Source: Pristiophorus japonicus (lineage: Eukaryota). From it: a stretch of DNA of 64,000 nt. The stretch is from the NCBI RefSeq assembly GCF_044704955.1, contig NC_091977.1, forward strand, positions 200,322,001-200,386,000. The letters are read 5' to 3'. Below are positions 25,997 through 40,284 of the stretch, one piece after another. Each line of letters starts with the position of its first letter. Position 1 is the first letter of the stretch. The notes below the pieces were generated by a model. The model ran no database searches. It saw only the letters and a list, made by a program, of their open reading frames with translations, and was not told the origin of the DNA. A program made the translations under genes and the position numbers.

Positions 25997-27106
25997 AGAA
26001 ACATAGAAACATAGAAAATAGGTACAGGAGTAGGCCATTCGGCCCTTCGAGCCTGCACCACCATTCAATAAGATCATGGCTGATCATTCACCTCAGTACC
26101 CCTTTCCTGCTTTCTCTCCATACCCCTTGATCCCTTTAGCCGTAGGGGCCACATCTATCTCCCTCTTGAATATATCCAACGAACTAGCATCAACAACTCT
26201 CTGCGGTAGAGAATTCCACAGGTTAACAACTCTCTGAGTGAAGATGTTTCTCCTCATCTCTGTCCTAAATGGCTTACCCCTTATCCTTAGACTAAGTCCC
26301 CTGGTTCTGGACTTCCCCAACATCGGGAACATTCTTCCTGTATCTAACCTGTCCAGTCCCATCAGAATTTTATATGTTTCTATGAGATCCCCTCTCATCC
26401 TTCTAAACGCCAGTGAATACAGGCCCAGTCGATCCAGTCTCTCCTCATATATTAGTCCTGCCATCCCGGGAATCAGTCTGGTGAACCTTCGCTGCACTCC
26501 CTCAATAGCAAGAACGTCCTTCCTCAGATTAGGAGACCAAAACTGCACACAATATTCCAGGTGAGATATCACCAAGGCCCTGTACAACTGCAGTAAGACC
26601 TCCCTGCTCCTATACTCAAATCCCCTAGCTATGAAGGCCAACATACCATTTGCCGCCTTCACCGTCTGCTGTACCTGCATGCCAACTTTCAACGACTGAT
26701 GTACCATGACACCCAGGTCTTGTTGCACTTCCCCTTTTCCTAATCTGCCGCCATTCAGATAATATTCTGCCTTCGTGTTTTTGCCACCAAAGTGAATAAC
26801 TGCACATTTATCCACGTTATACCGCATCTGCCATGCATTTGCCCATTCACCTAACCTGTCCAAGTCACCCTGCAGCCTCTTAGTATCCTCCTCACAGCTC
26901 ACACCACCACCCAGCTTAGTGTCATCTGCAAACTTAGAGATATTATACTCAATTCCTTCATCTAAATCACTAATGTATATTGTAAATAGTTGGGTCCCAG
27001 CACTGAGCCCTGCGGCACCCCACTAATCACTGCCTGCCATTCTGAAAAGGGCCCGTTTATCCCGACTCTGTTTCCTGTCTGCCAACCAGTTCTCTATCCA
27101 TGTCAG
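25997..27106 (-). mobile_element. CR1 LINE, 5'-truncated
   Basis: 269-aa open C-terminal ORF2 (26093..26902); [10 protein letters not shown] and KFADDTK upstream; (TAGAAACA)n tail. Confidence 0.94.
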
Positions 27107-27334
27107 TTTGAACTGGGGGTATAGTGGGGAGGGTTGAGTGGTAGGACTCCTCAGAGCAACATAACACATGGATGGATGAATTGTCCATTCTGCTTTCGAC
27201 TGACAATATACCATTTTTTGCTCATATCTTTTTCTAAAATTAGCAAAGATAAAAATATCAGCCCTCTATTGAGACGGAGCCTCCCATTTAGATGTGTTTT
27301 AGCACCTAACCCCATTGCAGGTACAGGTACTGTC

Positions 27335-28205
27335 CTCACCGCACACACTGCCCCCAAAACATCAAGATCCATGCCTTGGTCCTAGACAATGTGGACCACT
27401 TCCCCTCTCTCGCGAGCCTCCTATCAACAAGAGCAGTCATTGATGATGAGATTCAACACCGCCTCCAGTGCGCCAGTGCAGCCTTCGGCCACCTGAGGAA
27501 AAGAGTGTTTGAAGATCAGTCCCTCAAAACTGTCACCAAGCTCATAGTCTACAAGGCCATAGTAATACCCGCCCTCCTGTATGGCTCAGAGACGTGGACC
27601 ATGTACAGTAGACACCTCAAGTCGCTGGAGAAATACCACCAGCGATGTCTCCGCAAGATCCTGCAAATACCCTGGGAGGACAGACGCACAAACATTAGCA
27701 TCCTTGTCCAGGCCAACATCCCCAGCATTGAAGCACTGACCACACTTGATCAGCTCCGCTGGGCTGGCCACATAGTCCGCGTGCCAGACACGAGACTCCC
27801 AAAACAAGCACTCTACTTGGAACTCATCCACAGCAAACAAGCCAAAGGCAGGCAGTGAAAACGTTACAAGGACACCCTCAAAGCCTCCCTGATAAAGTGC
27901 GACATCCCCACTGACACCTGGGAGTCCCTGGCCATAGACCATCCTAAGTAGAGGAAGTGCATTCAGGAGGGTGCTGAGCTCCTCGAGTATCGTCACCGAG
28001 AGCATGCAGAAATCAAGCGCAGGCAGTGGAAGGAGCGTGCGGCAAACCAAGCTCCCTGCCCACCCTTTCCCTCAACGACTATCTGTCCGACCTGTGACAG
28101 AAACTGTGGTTCTCGTATTGGACTTTACAGCCACCTAAGAACTCATGCTAAGAGTAGAAGCAAGTCTTCCTCGATTCCGAGGGACTGCCTATGATGATGA
28201 TGACT
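27335..28205 (+). mobile_element. RTE-clade LINE 3' fragment
   Basis: LDNVDHFP..SAAFGHLRKRVF..PALLYGSETW..QLRWAGHIVR; zinc finger; (TGA)n tail. Confidence 0.92.
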
Positions 28206-29379
28206 ACAATCAATATGCTGTGCTGATGAGCTAAGCAGAGTGCATTGTTGACATGGTTGTAATCCTGGCCTAGTATCTCTCTTACAGACACACTAACTAC
28301 TGTGTGCAGTAGCCGTAGATCAAACCGACTTATCAGTTTTGTTGCACGAACATCAATTTCTTAATTCAGTTGCATCCTAGTGCCATACTTTATTGAATAT
28401 AATGGAATTTCTGAATAGAAACAGAGCTGATAATCCTACGGAGCTGCATTTTAAACAAAAAGCAATAAATGGCTGGATACTCTGTAAAAACGCCATCAAC
28501 AAAGGATAGTTTGCACTATTAACACTAACAATAAAAAAGTTGGTAGTGTTAAAAGTGATCACAGAACTGGTTCACTAATGCTCTTAAACCTGTAATCCTT
28601 CCCCAGTCTGGCCTATATGTGACTCCAGTCCCACACCAACATGGTTGACTCTTACCTGCTTCTGAAAATAGCCTACAAGCAACACAGATGTGCAATGCCC
28701 ACATTGTGATAATTACTAAAATAAATATATTTTTGCCTTCATTAAGTGATTTTTGTTTCTAACAGCAGATGGGTGAAATGACAGACTGACATTGATAGAG
28801 TGATGGACTCCCACTAACAGATTTAACAATATTTCTGTTGAGTTGATAGAAAGTGGACATCGCTCCTGTCAGCACCATGTATTCCAGATATCCGTATGAT
28901 TGCTGCAACATCCTTTAAGGCCACTACTTCAGAATGACATATTCCGCAGTGTGTCTCATAGCTACTGTATGGAGTATTTTTAGCCCATCCGCAGAATAAA
29001 GATAAGCTGCCTTCTCACTGGTATTGGTGACTGTTTCTCTTGTGAGGGCTTAAGTCCAAATCAAAGAAAGCAGTAGAAGGGCGTGTCCACTGGCAGCTGT
29101 TAACCTCCCTTCCCCATGGCAGAAACTTTCAGTATTGGAGAAGGTACTCATAATGATACCCTTCAAGTTTGTTTTTTCCTATTAATTCTTCAATTATTTA
29201 AGCATTTTCCTCAACTTCAGATGAGTTGCATCGGGGCTATGCATATTTCATTCACAGGGTGTCGTACCAGTGTGCAACATTATCATACACACCAAAATCC
29301 CAGCTGGTAGCTTGTGGAGTGCAGTTTGTCTAAATCTAAACACAAGTTTGTGCTATCGAAAGGGTTAAGGGTCAAACTC

Positions 29380-30405
29380 CACTCAAACTCAGCAACATCA
29401 TCCGAAGACGTGGGGTCATGGTTCCACATGTGCGCTGATGACACCTAGTGCTGCCTCTCTGGCGCCTCCATTGTCTTTGTGTTGTCAGACTCTTTGGCCA
29501 ACATCCAGTCCTGGATGATCACACATTGGGAAGACTGAAGCCAAGGGCAGAGCTATGGATGAAGGAATAAATTGAAGTCCAGATTTGGCCAGCTTGGCAC
29601 CGAACAACCACAATGATGTTCTCCAATTCCTCATTGCTATCCGTGTCAGAGTCAAAATGGTGACACGACCGTGATCAGGAATTAAAAGGTAAAATGAGTA
29701 AATTATTTGCAGTCAGTTTTAACTGTTCACATACTCGGCATCCTATTTGATCCTCAGATGAGCCTCCAATCCCATATCCTCTCCATCACAAAGACCGCCG
29801 ACTTCCATCTCCATTACATTGGTCATCTGTGCCATTGCCTCAGTGTATCTGTTACTGCAACCCTCATCATCCAGGCTTGACTATTCCAATGCTCTCCTGG
29901 CTGGCCTCCCATCTTCCACGCTCCATAAACTTCAGTTTGTCCAACCTTCTGCAGCCCGTATCCTATCCTGCACCAAGTTCTGCTCTCCGATCACCCCTGT
30001 CCTTGCTAACCTACATTGTTTACCGCTCAATCCCTTCATGGCCTCATCCCTTCCTATCTTTGTAACAACCTCGAGCTCTACAACCCTCCAAGACATCTGC
30101 AATCCACCGACTCTGGCCTCTTCAGCATCCACACTTCCTTTGCACCATCATGGGTGGCCATGCCTTCAACCATCTGGGCCCTAAGCTCTGGAAGTCCCCC
30201 CCCCCCCCCCAAATGCCTCTGCCTCTCCACCTCTCTCTCCTCCTTTAAGACCCTGCTTAAAACTTAACTCTTTGATCCGGCTTTTAGTCACCCCATCTAA
30301 TATCTCTTTGGCTCGGCGTCAATTTTGATCTGATTTGCTACTGTGAAGCTCCTTCGGGGTTTTTTCTATGTTATAGGCACTATGCAATTGCTAGGTGTTG
30401 TTCTG
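29380..30405 (+). mobile_element. L2-clade LINE fragment
   Basis: FHMCADDT, SRLDYSNALLAGLPSSTLHKLQ, SPITPVLANLH, FKTLLKT; L2-type tail. Confidence 0.8.
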
Positions 30406-31837
30406 CTTCTGCTCACACTATTTTCCCTTTCTATTATTCTCTCTTTCTATACTTTTATCATTTCAGCTTTACTTTAATTTTATTTCTATATAATATATCC
30501 TCTTTTAACTTTTCCATATTTTTTCTGAACCATTAAGATTTTACCATTTATTTAGGAGGTGGGTCATAATTCAGTATGACCTTTGATTTACAAAAGATCC
30601 AGATCCAAAAGGAAATTCATCCAATTGATTTATTGGGGGATGAAATTTAACTTTGGTTTAAAAATACATAAAAAGAATAACCTTGCCACTTTAGTGACTC
30701 AACCGGGGTAACATTCAACTCTAGCAGGTTTACTCTTGCAAGGAAAATCGGGCGGAGTGTATACCAAACGGCTGATCCACTACCGCCCGTTTTGGGCCCA
30801 TGGTAAAGTTCTACTTGACCCTTGTGTTGCCAAAGTGACTAAGTTAGTCTTTTGATGTTTTTTTTAAGAACTGTTACTTCTTAATGAAATAACATCTTGG
30901 CCACAGAGAAAAGTAGATGCCACCAATATCTTGTTAGCAGTGCAGCATCATACTGGTTAACAAACCCTTTTCTGATCAGCCACGAAAAATAGATTTTAAA
31001 ACCAATTTACGTCACAAAGCAGTTTCCTTCTACATTCGTTCGTTCGTGCATTTATTGTGAGAAAAAGAAGGCCAATAATCCAATGACGTGGACCCCAGGA
31101 AATTGGGCATGGAGGCCTGAGGCCTACAACACACCTGGAGCACTCAGCATGCCCAATGAAAGCTGGGGACTGGCAGCCAGTGCACGAGTCACATTAGTCA
31201 CCCCAAATTTTGTTTAAATGAGGTGTCCACCCTATACTACAGCTGGCACACAAAACACTCATATTGAATAGGTGAAGGAGGGGATGTTGCCATAAAAATG
31301 AATGGAAAAATATTTGGATACCCCTGCCTTTTGCCTTTCTTTAGCACCCTGGCCTTTGGCACCAATAGCCCTTTGCCGAGTACCCTTCACCACCCGCTTC
31401 TCCCTCTCCCCACAGCCAAGAAAGCACACAGTGCATAATAGGTGGCTATCAGACCTTCACTGACTGCTAGTGTCCAATGATGCATTGTAAAATATGTGCC
31501 TGGGCCGCAAAGAAATTATGAAAGTAGCCTGATCTTGCTTTATCCAACCAGTTCAGACCATTTGTGTACATTCGTACATAGCTTGGGCTAGATTATTAAC
31601 TGCATAGTGTATGGCAAAATCGTGCCGGGGTAGTACTTCCGTCAAAACTTATTTTTCCTGACTCTGATGGTGAGAAGAAACTAAAGGTGCCAGATCAGAA
31701 GAAGGAATTAGTAAGGGTCAAAATTCATGTATCGAAATATATTGTAATTTTAATAACTGAGTATGCGACTAATTGATGACTGACTGTGTATGGTGCTGTG
31801 ACACCATGCAGTACCCATGGTGATGAGTAGTGAGCAT

Positions 31838-32825
31838 GGGCCCAATTTTGACCATGACTTGCTCCAATTTTTTTGGAGTAAGTTGGTTTTTCTGGCCTAA
31901 GTTAAAAAACGCCATTTTCCCCAATAAATTTGCTCCAGAGTAACTCAGTTAGCTACGATTTTTTTTTAGTTGAGTTTTTTTTTCAAAAGGGGGCACTTAC
32001 GCCAGTTTGGGCCATTTATGCCACTTTGGCCAGCTAAAACTTACTCCAAATCAACTTAGGTCAGCGTATGTGGCCAGCTCTGGAAAACATTGCGGACAGT
32101 TAAGAATTTGGCGCAGGTTAGTACATTTAAAACACCAAGACTTACAAAGCACTAAACAAAGCAAAAAATAAGCATTCAATAACAAATAAATAATACAAGG
32201 AAGCTGAGAGGACCTGCACCAAGACTTACAAAGCACCAAACAAACCACAAAAAGTAATAAGCAATCAATCAATAACAAATAAAAACTAGAAGTCCTACCT
32301 TTATGCCAGAAACAAGTTTTTTTTTAAAAGTTCCCCCCCCATCAAAACACTTTTACCCCCCAACCCCCTCAATCAAAACTCTCCTCCTCCCCCCACCCAC
32401 CGCCCCCCTGACCCAAACAAAACTCTCCTCACTAAACAAAGCACAACCATCAATAAATAAAAAATAAAACTCAAGTCCTACCTCAGCCCGGGAAGTCAGC
32501 GGGCCGGCCGGCCGGTGCGGGAGGCCACTCGGCCAGGGATAGGGTGCAGCGAGCATCGGGTCCTGCTCACAACCCGCAGGACACGCTGGGAGGGTGAGGA
32601 GCATGCGCGCAAACTCCACTGCGCATGCGCGCAGCTGCTGGCAGTGTTTTCTGCGCTGGGCTGTTGCTCCGCCCCCCCACTGCACTATGTATGTCACACT
32701 GGGACACCGGAGACTCGGCAGAACGGGCAGGATGGGGCCACTTTTTTCGGTGCCGTTTCCAGCGCGCAAAGTCGGCGCATTTAGGGTAAGTGTGCCGAAA
32801 AAAAGGGTTGGGGAAAATTGGGACT
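31838..32825. mobile_element. GC-rich MITE (~1 kb)
   Basis: Termini GGGCCCAATTTT ... AAAATTGGGACT, flanked by CAT/CAC. Internal direct repeat CACCAAGACTTACAAAGCAC x2. Confidence 0.7.
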
Positions 32826-33074
32826 CACGTGTGGCTGTGAGGTTGCATGCAAGACTAAAAGACTACATTATATTATTTTACCACAGATGCTCAAAGAAAT
32901 CTTACTGTGCTTTTCCAAAAAAAAAATTATTTTTTCATGTTGATAAATTTAAAATTCTCAGATGATTTATCCCATCATAACCCTAAAATTCCGCAGGGAT
33001 TCTCCTCATCTCTCACCGTGACTTCAGTGGGACACCAATGGAACCTCCAGAGAATCCCATAAATGGCTCAATAC

Positions 33075-34575
33075 AGGCTATGGGCCTCCACAACATCCCA
33101 GCTGTTGTGCTGATGCCTTGTGCTCCACGCCTCTAGCCAAGCTGTTCCAGTACAGCTACACACTGACATCTATCTAACAATGTGGAAAACTGCCCAGGTA
33201 TGTCCTGTCCACAAAAAGCAAGACAAATCCAATTGGCCAATTATCGTCCCATCAGTCTACTCTCAATCATCAGCAAAGTGATGGACGGTGTTGTCGACAG
33301 TGCTATCAAGCAGCGCTTACTCACCCATAACCTGCTCACCAATGCCCAGTTTGGGTTCCTCCAGGACCACTCGGCACCAGACCTCATTACAGCCTTGATC
33401 CAAACATGGACAAAAGAGCTGAATTCCAGAGGTGAGATGAGAGTGGCTGCCCTTGACAACAAGGCAGCATTTGACTGAGTGTGGTATCAAGGAGCCCTGG
33501 TAAAACTGAAGTCAATGGGAATTAGGAGGAAAACTCTCCACTGGCTGGACTCATACCTAGCACAAGGAAGATCGTTGTGGAGGTCAATCATCACAGCCCC
33601 AGGACATCACTGCAGGAGTTCCTCAGGGCAATGTCCTAGGCCCAACCATCTTCAGCTGCTTCATTAATGTCCTTCCCTCCATCATAAGGTCAGAAGTGGG
33701 GATGTTCGCTGATGACTGCACAGTGTTCAGTGCCATTTGCAACTGCTCAGATAATGAAGCAGTCCGTGACTGCATGCAGCAAGACCTGGACGACATTCAG
33801 GCTTGGGTTGACAAGTGGCAAGTAACATTTGCACCACACAAGTGCCAGGCAATGATTATCTCCAACAAGCGAGAGTCTAACCACCGCCCTTTGACATTCA
33901 ACGGCATTACCATCGCCGAATCCCTTACCATCAACATCCTAGGGGGTCATCATTGACCAGAAACGTAACTCGACCAGCCATATAAATACTGTGGCTACAA
34001 AAGCAGGTCAGATGCTGGATATTTTGCGGCAAGTGTTTCACCTCCTGACTCCCCAAAGCCTTTCCACCATCAACAAGGCACAAGTCAGGAGTGCGATGGA
34101 ATACTCTCCACTTGCCTGGGTGAGTGCAGCTCCAACAAACTCAAGAAGCTCAACACTATCCAGGACAAAGCAGCCCGCTTGATTGGCACCCCATCCACCA
34201 CCTTAAATATTCACTCCCTCCATCACCGACGTACCGTGACTGCAGTGTGTATCATCTACAGGATGCACTGCAGGAACTCGCCAAGGCTTCTTTGGCAGCT
34301 CTTCCTAAACCCGTGACCTCTACCACCAAGATGGAAAAGGGCAGCAGGCACATGGGAACACCACCACTTCCACGTTTCCCACCAAGTCAAACACCATCCT
34401 GACTTGGAAGTATATCGGCGTTCCTTCATCATCGCTGGGTCAAAATCCTGGAACTCCCTCCCTAACAGCACTGTGGGAGTACCTTCACCACACGGACAGC
34501 AGTGGTTCAAGGGCAATTAGGGATAGGCAATAAATGCTGGCCTTTCCAGCGATGCCCACATTCCATGAACGAATT
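33075..34575 (+). mobile_element. CR1/L2-group LINE of a distinct family, 5'-truncated and decayed
   Basis: ANYRPISLLSIISKVM, AQFGF, KAAFD*VWYQG, GVPQGNVLGP, MFADD, QQDLDDIQAW; own 3' tail (GGCAATAAATGCTGGCC...CCATGAACGAAT). Confidence 0.88.
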
Positions 34576-35228
34576 TTTTTTTAAATTCTCTAGGGATTCT
34601 GCAAGTGTCCTACTGAAGTTACAGCAGGAGACACGGAGAACACCTATGGAATTTCAGGGCCTATATATGTTACACTGTAGTCCTTTAAAAATAAAACATA
34701 ATTTCTGGTTATTAACATAGTATTACATAGTATTTACAACACAGAAACAGCCATTCGGCCCAACAGGTCCATATAAATTATTTTACTTTTAGTTTCCATG
34801 TGGGACCTTGCTGTGTGCAAATAGGTTACTGTGTTTTTTTACATTACAACAGTAACTCATTGGCTGGGAAGTTGTAATGTCCTGAGGATATAAAAGGCAT
34901 TATACAAATGAAAGCCGTTATTGACATGGGATCCAACACCAAGCGACAGGCCAGTCAATTAAGATGCAGAAGAAGTAATTTAAAGGTATCAAAGGGATTT
35001 TACCCAGGCACTTACCATTTTACCAAGTTTCCAACAAGTTTGCCATGCCTCGGGTTTCACGCCAAGTAAGTGTGTTGGGTTCGCAATGATTCTGCTTTTC
35101 ATTGCCTAGTTGACAGCTGCAGAAGTGGTATAGAAACATAGAAACATAGAAAATAGGTGCAGGAGCAGGCCATTCAGCCCTTCTAGCCTGCACCGCCATT
35201 CAATGAGTTCATGGCTGAACATGAAACT

Positions 35229-38210
35229 TCAGTACCCCCTTCCTGCTTTCACGCCATACCCCTTGATCCCCCGAGTAGTAAGGACTTCATCTAACTCCCT
35301 TTTGAATATATTTAGTGAATTGGCCTCAACTACTTTCTGTGGTAGAGAATTCCACAGGTTCACCACTCTCTGGGTGAAGAAGTTTCTCCTTATCTCGGTC
35401 CTAAATGGCTTACCCCTTATCCTTAGACTGTGACCCCTGGTTCTGGACTTCCCCAACATTGGAAACATTCTTCCTGCATCCAACCTGTCCAAACCCGTCA
35501 GAATTTTAAACGCTTCTATGAGGTCCCCTCTCACTCTTCTGAACTCCAGTGAATACAAGCCCAGTTGATCCAGTCTTTCTTGATAGGTCAGTCCCACCAT
35601 CCCGGGAATCAGTCTGGTAAATCTTCACTGCACTCCCTCAATAGCAAGAATATCCTTCCTCAAGTTAGGAGACCAAAACTGTACACAATACTCCAGGTGT
35701 GGCCTCACCAAGGCCCTGTACAACTGTAGCAACACCTCCCTGCCCCTGTACTCAAATCCCCTCGCTATGAAGGCCAACATGCCATTTGCTTTCTTAACCG
35801 CCTGCTGTACCTGCATGCCAACCTTCAATGACTGATGTACCATGACACCCAGGTCTCGTTGCACCTTCCCTTTTCCTAATCTGTCACCATTCAGATAATA
35901 GTCTGTCTCTCTGTTTTTACCACCAAAGTGGATAACCTCACATTTATCCACATTATACTTCATCTGCCACGCATTTGCCCACTCACCTAACCTATCCAAG
36001 TCACTCTGTAGCCTCATAGCATCCTCCTCGTAGCTCACACTGCCACCCAACTTAGTGTCATCCGCAAATTTGGAGATACTACATTTAATCCCCTCGTCTA
36101 AATCATTAATGTACAATGTAAACAGCTGGGGCCCCAGCACAGAACCCTGCGGTACCCCACTAGTCACTGCCTGCCATTCCGAAAAGTACCCATTTACTCC
36201 TACTCTTTGCTTCCTGTCTGACAACCAGTTCTCAATCCACGTCAGCACACTACCCCCAATCCCATGTGCTTTAACTTTGCACATTAATCTCCTGTGTGGG
36301 ACCTTGTCGAAAGCCTTCTGAAAGTCCAAATATACCACATCAACTGGTACTCCTTTGTCCACTTTATTGGAAACATCCTCAAAAAATTCCAGAAGATTTG
36401 TCAAGCATGATCTCCCTTTCACAAATCCATGCTGACTTGGACCTATCATGTCACCATTTTCCAAATGCGCTGCTATGACATCCTTAATAATTGATTCCAT
36501 CATTTTACCCACTACTGAGGTCAGGCTGACCGGTCTATAATTCCCTGCTTTCTCTCTCCCTCCTTTTTTAAAAAGTGGGGTTACATTGGCTACCCTCCAC
36601 TCGATAGGAACTGATCCAGAGTCAATGGAATGTTGGAAAATGACTGTCAATGCATCCGCTATTTCCAAGGCCACCTCCTTAAGTACTCTGGGATGCAGTC
36701 CATCAGGCCCTGGGGATTTATCGGCCTTCAATCCCATCAATTTCCCCAACACAATTTCCCGACTAATAAAGATTTCCCTCAGTTCCTCCTCCTTAATAGA
36801 CCCTCTGACCACTTTTATATCCGGAAGGTTGTTTGTGTCCTCCTTAGTGAATACTGAACCAAAGTACTTGTTCAATTGGTCTGCCATTTCTTTGTTCCCC
36901 GTTATGACTTCCCCTGATTCTGACTGCAGGGGACCTACGTTTGTCTTTACTAACCTTTTTCTCTTTACATACCTATAGAAACTTTTGCAATCCGCCTTAA
37001 TGTTCCCTGCAAGCTTCTTCTCGTACTCCATTTTCCCTGCCCTAATCAAACCCTTTGTCCTCCTCTGCTGAGTTCTAAATTTCTCCCAGTCCCCAGGTTC
37101 GCTGCTATTTCTGGCCAATTTGTATGCCATTTCCTTGGCTTTAATACTATCCCTGATTTCCCTAGATAGCCACGGTTGAGCCACCTTCCCTTTTTTATTT
37201 TTACGCCAGACAGGAATGTACAATTGTTGTAATTCATCCATGCGGTCTCTAAATGTCTGCCATTGCCCATCCACAGTCAACCCCTTAAGTATCATTAGCC
37301 AATCTATCTTAGCCAATTCATGCCTCATACCTTCAAAGTTACCCTTCTTTAAGTTCTGGACCATGGTCTCTGAATTAACTGTTTCATTCTCCATCCTAAT
37401 GCAGAATTCCACCATATTATGGTCACTCTTCCCCAAGGGGCCTCGCACAATGAGATTGCTAATTAATCCTCTCTCATTACACAACACCCAGTCTAAGATG
37501 GCCTCCCCCCTAGTTGGTTCCTCGACATATTGGTCTAGAAAACCATCCCTTATGCATTCCAGGAAATCCTCCTCCACCGTATTGCTTCCAGTTTGGCTAG
37601 CCCAATCTATGTGCATATTAAAGTCACCCATTATAACTGCTGCACCTTTATTGCATGCACTCCTAATTTCCTGTTTGATGCCCTCCCCAACATCACTACT
37701 ACTGTTTGGAGGTCTGTACACAACTCCCACTAACGATTTTTGCCCTTTGGTGTTCTGCAGCTCTACCCATATAGATTCCACATCATCCAAGCTAATGTCT
37801 TTCCTAACTATTGCATTAATCTCCTCTTTAACTAGCAATGCTACCCCACCTCCTTTTCCTTTTATTCTATCCTTCCTGAATGTTGAATACCCCTGGATGT
37901 TGAGTTCCCAGCCCTGATCATCCTGGAGCCACGTCTCCGTAATCCCAATCACATCATATTTGTTAACATCTATTTGCACAGTTAATTCATCCACCTTATT
38001 ACGGATACTCCTTGCATTAAGACACAAAGCCTTCAGGCTTGCTTTTTTAACACCCTTTGTCCTTCTAGAATTTTGCTGTACAGTGGCCCTTTTTGTTCTT
38101 TGCCTTGGGTTTCTCTGCCCTCCACTTTTCCTCATCTCCTTTCTGTCTTTTGCTTTTGCCTCATTTTTGTCTCCCTCTGTCTCCCTGTATAGGTTCCCAT
38201 CCCCCTGCAA
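35229..38210 (-). pseudogene. CR1 ORF2 (APE endonuclease plus RT) with a single premature TGA at 35625..35627
   Basis: NARSIRNK, ITETWL, VYRPP, GDFN, LDWVL, SDHN (endonuclease); [35 protein letters not shown] (RT). EGVQ*R here versus EGVQRR in other copies. Confidence 0.95.
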
Positions 38211-38212
38211 TA

Positions 38213-38764
38213 TTAGTTTAACTCCTCCCCAACAGCACTAGCAAACACTCCCCCTAGGACATTGGTTCCGGACCTGCCCAGGTGCAGACCGTCCGGTTTG
38301 TACTGGTCCCACCTCCCCCAGAACCGGTTCCAATGCCCCAAGAATTTGAATCCCTCCCTGCTGCACCACTGCTCAAGCCATGTATTCATCTGCGCTATCC
38401 TGCGATTCCTACTCTGACTAGCACGTGGCACTGGTAGCAATCCCGAGATTACTACTTTTGAGGTCCTACTTTTTAATTTAGCTCCTAGCTCCTTAAATTC
38501 TTTTCGTAGGACCTCATCCCTTTTTTTACCTATGTCGTTGGTACCAATGTGCACCACGACAACTGGCTGTTCTCCCTCCCATTTCAGAATGTCCTGCACC
38601 CGCTCCGAGACATCCTTGACCCTTGCACCAGGGAGGCAACATACCATCCTGGAGTCTCGGTTGCATCCGCAGAAACGCCTATCTATTCCCCTCACCATCG
38701 AATCCCCTATCACTATCGCGCTCCCACTCTTTTTCCTGCCCTCCTTTGCAGCAGAGCCACCTAC
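38213..38764 (-). pseudogene. CR1 ORF1 C-terminal SGNH/GDSL esterase domain (5'-truncated)
   Basis: IGDSMVRG, CLPGA, HIGTNDI, DGLHL motifs. Confidence 0.9.
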
Positions 38765-39375
38765 GGTATAAAAGCTACTGTTTCACAGCTGTTCACTGTC
38801 CAATGTCAGAAGCTGAAGCCTTCAGGATTTGGAAGACACTTTTGAGCGGTATGCAGTTTGGAAGTATTTGCAGTGAACTCTCTATCCAGTTTCACCTCCT
38901 TGGAGCAACCTCTCTCAACATTGACAGATCGCTTCTGTCATCTCAACCTCACCTGCCATCTATTCCAGCAGCATCAGTGACCTTGAATAAATCTCACCTC
39001 GGTCCTCAGAATCCCACCACGATCAGCCCCAACACCAACATCACTAAACACACCAGCATCACCAACAACACTAACCTTCTCCACAATGACCTGATGCTGC
39101 ACAGGCATCAGCACCTGACCACATTGCTGCCCGGGAGGCCAGGGATGGTCTCACCATGGCCAGATTTACTTCACGTGATGCTGTACACCCTGGCTGCCAC
39201 ATGATGCACCAGGTTGGCACCACCCCACACTAGCACCATAAAGCATCCCAGCAATGCCCAAGCCATTCCTTTCACACTCATCACCATTGTGGGGGTTACC
39301 CTTATATCTGACCATTCATTACAACTCACTAAGGCACTTCCAAAGCTGCACACAAATCTGTCCAAGGAAACAAAG

Positions 39376-40122
39376 GGGCCAAAATTTCCCTCTGCCCGAA
39401 ACGGGGCATACCTATTGATTTTTAAGGGTTCAGGATGCCCCATTGGTCAATCCGAAGAAATTAAATTCTTTGTTTTTTTTGGAGCGGGGCGGAAGTGGTG
39501 TCATCATCGAGGCGGAAGTGCAGGCAGGTCGGAGCGGCCGTCGCTCTGAGTCATCAGCACCGTGCTGATGATGTCAGCATGTCGCTGATGACGTCAGCGC
39601 GACGCGGATGTGCCGCGTCTCGCTGACGCGTCACAGCGTCCTTCCCCTTCAGTTAAAGGGGATGGCCGCTGCGAATTCTGAAGCCACTTTAGTGACCACC
39701 AGGGAGGGTTTTGGCTGGGCCAGCGGCCTGGTACCCAAGAGGGGGGGTGGCGGACTGCCTGTTGGCGGCTTGGCCGTACCATGGCCATCATTGTCGGGCC
39801 GACTTGGCAGTCGGCCGACAATTAAAATAAAATGGCGGCTGCGGCAGTGCACCCTCCCCTTTAAGGACGGACGCGCCGCCCAGCCGCAAGAAGCTTCCCG
39901 TCAGGAAAAGCTGTTGGGGGCTCCGAGTGGCGGCCGATCTGCTCCGCGGGGCGGAAAGGGGATCGCCGCCGGTCAGTAAGTGGTTGGTGGAGGGGTGGAG
40001 CGGAGATGTTCTCTACTGGGAAAATCCACAATGGCAATTTAAAAGATGTTGGCAGCTCCACGCCGACTGGACAATGAGTCTTTACCAACCCGTGGCTGCC
40101 TTTTTGAGGTGGCCACGGCTCC
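39376..40122. mobile_element. GC-rich MITE-like insertion (right TIR not found)
   Basis: Starts GGGGCCAAAATTT..GCCCGAAACGGGGC and is absent from the sister element at ~61620. Related to 63805..64000. Confidence 0.62.
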
Positions 40123-40284
40123 ACAGTGTTCAAAATAAAGATTTCAATGTTTGACACCACATTAGCAGAAACTCTACATGAGCATTGGATAAAACACCCA
40201 AGTGCCTACTCTTGTGTGTTAGTTGGTATGATTGGATAAAGATGAGGGTGAGAGTGAGGGGTGGCTAGTGAGATGGGCAAGTGA

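Larger units (their letters stand above)
35133..38764 (-). mobile_element. Near-intact CR1 LINE (ORF1 5'-truncated, full-length ORF2)
   Basis: (TAGAAACA)n tail; GGTATA duplicated at 35127..35132 and 38765..38770. Confidence 0.96.

Noticed and set aside
36055-37917. Long + strand ORFs (up to 233 aa)
   Set aside because: Antisense shadows of CR1 ORF2; the same peptides recur opposite other CR1 copies.
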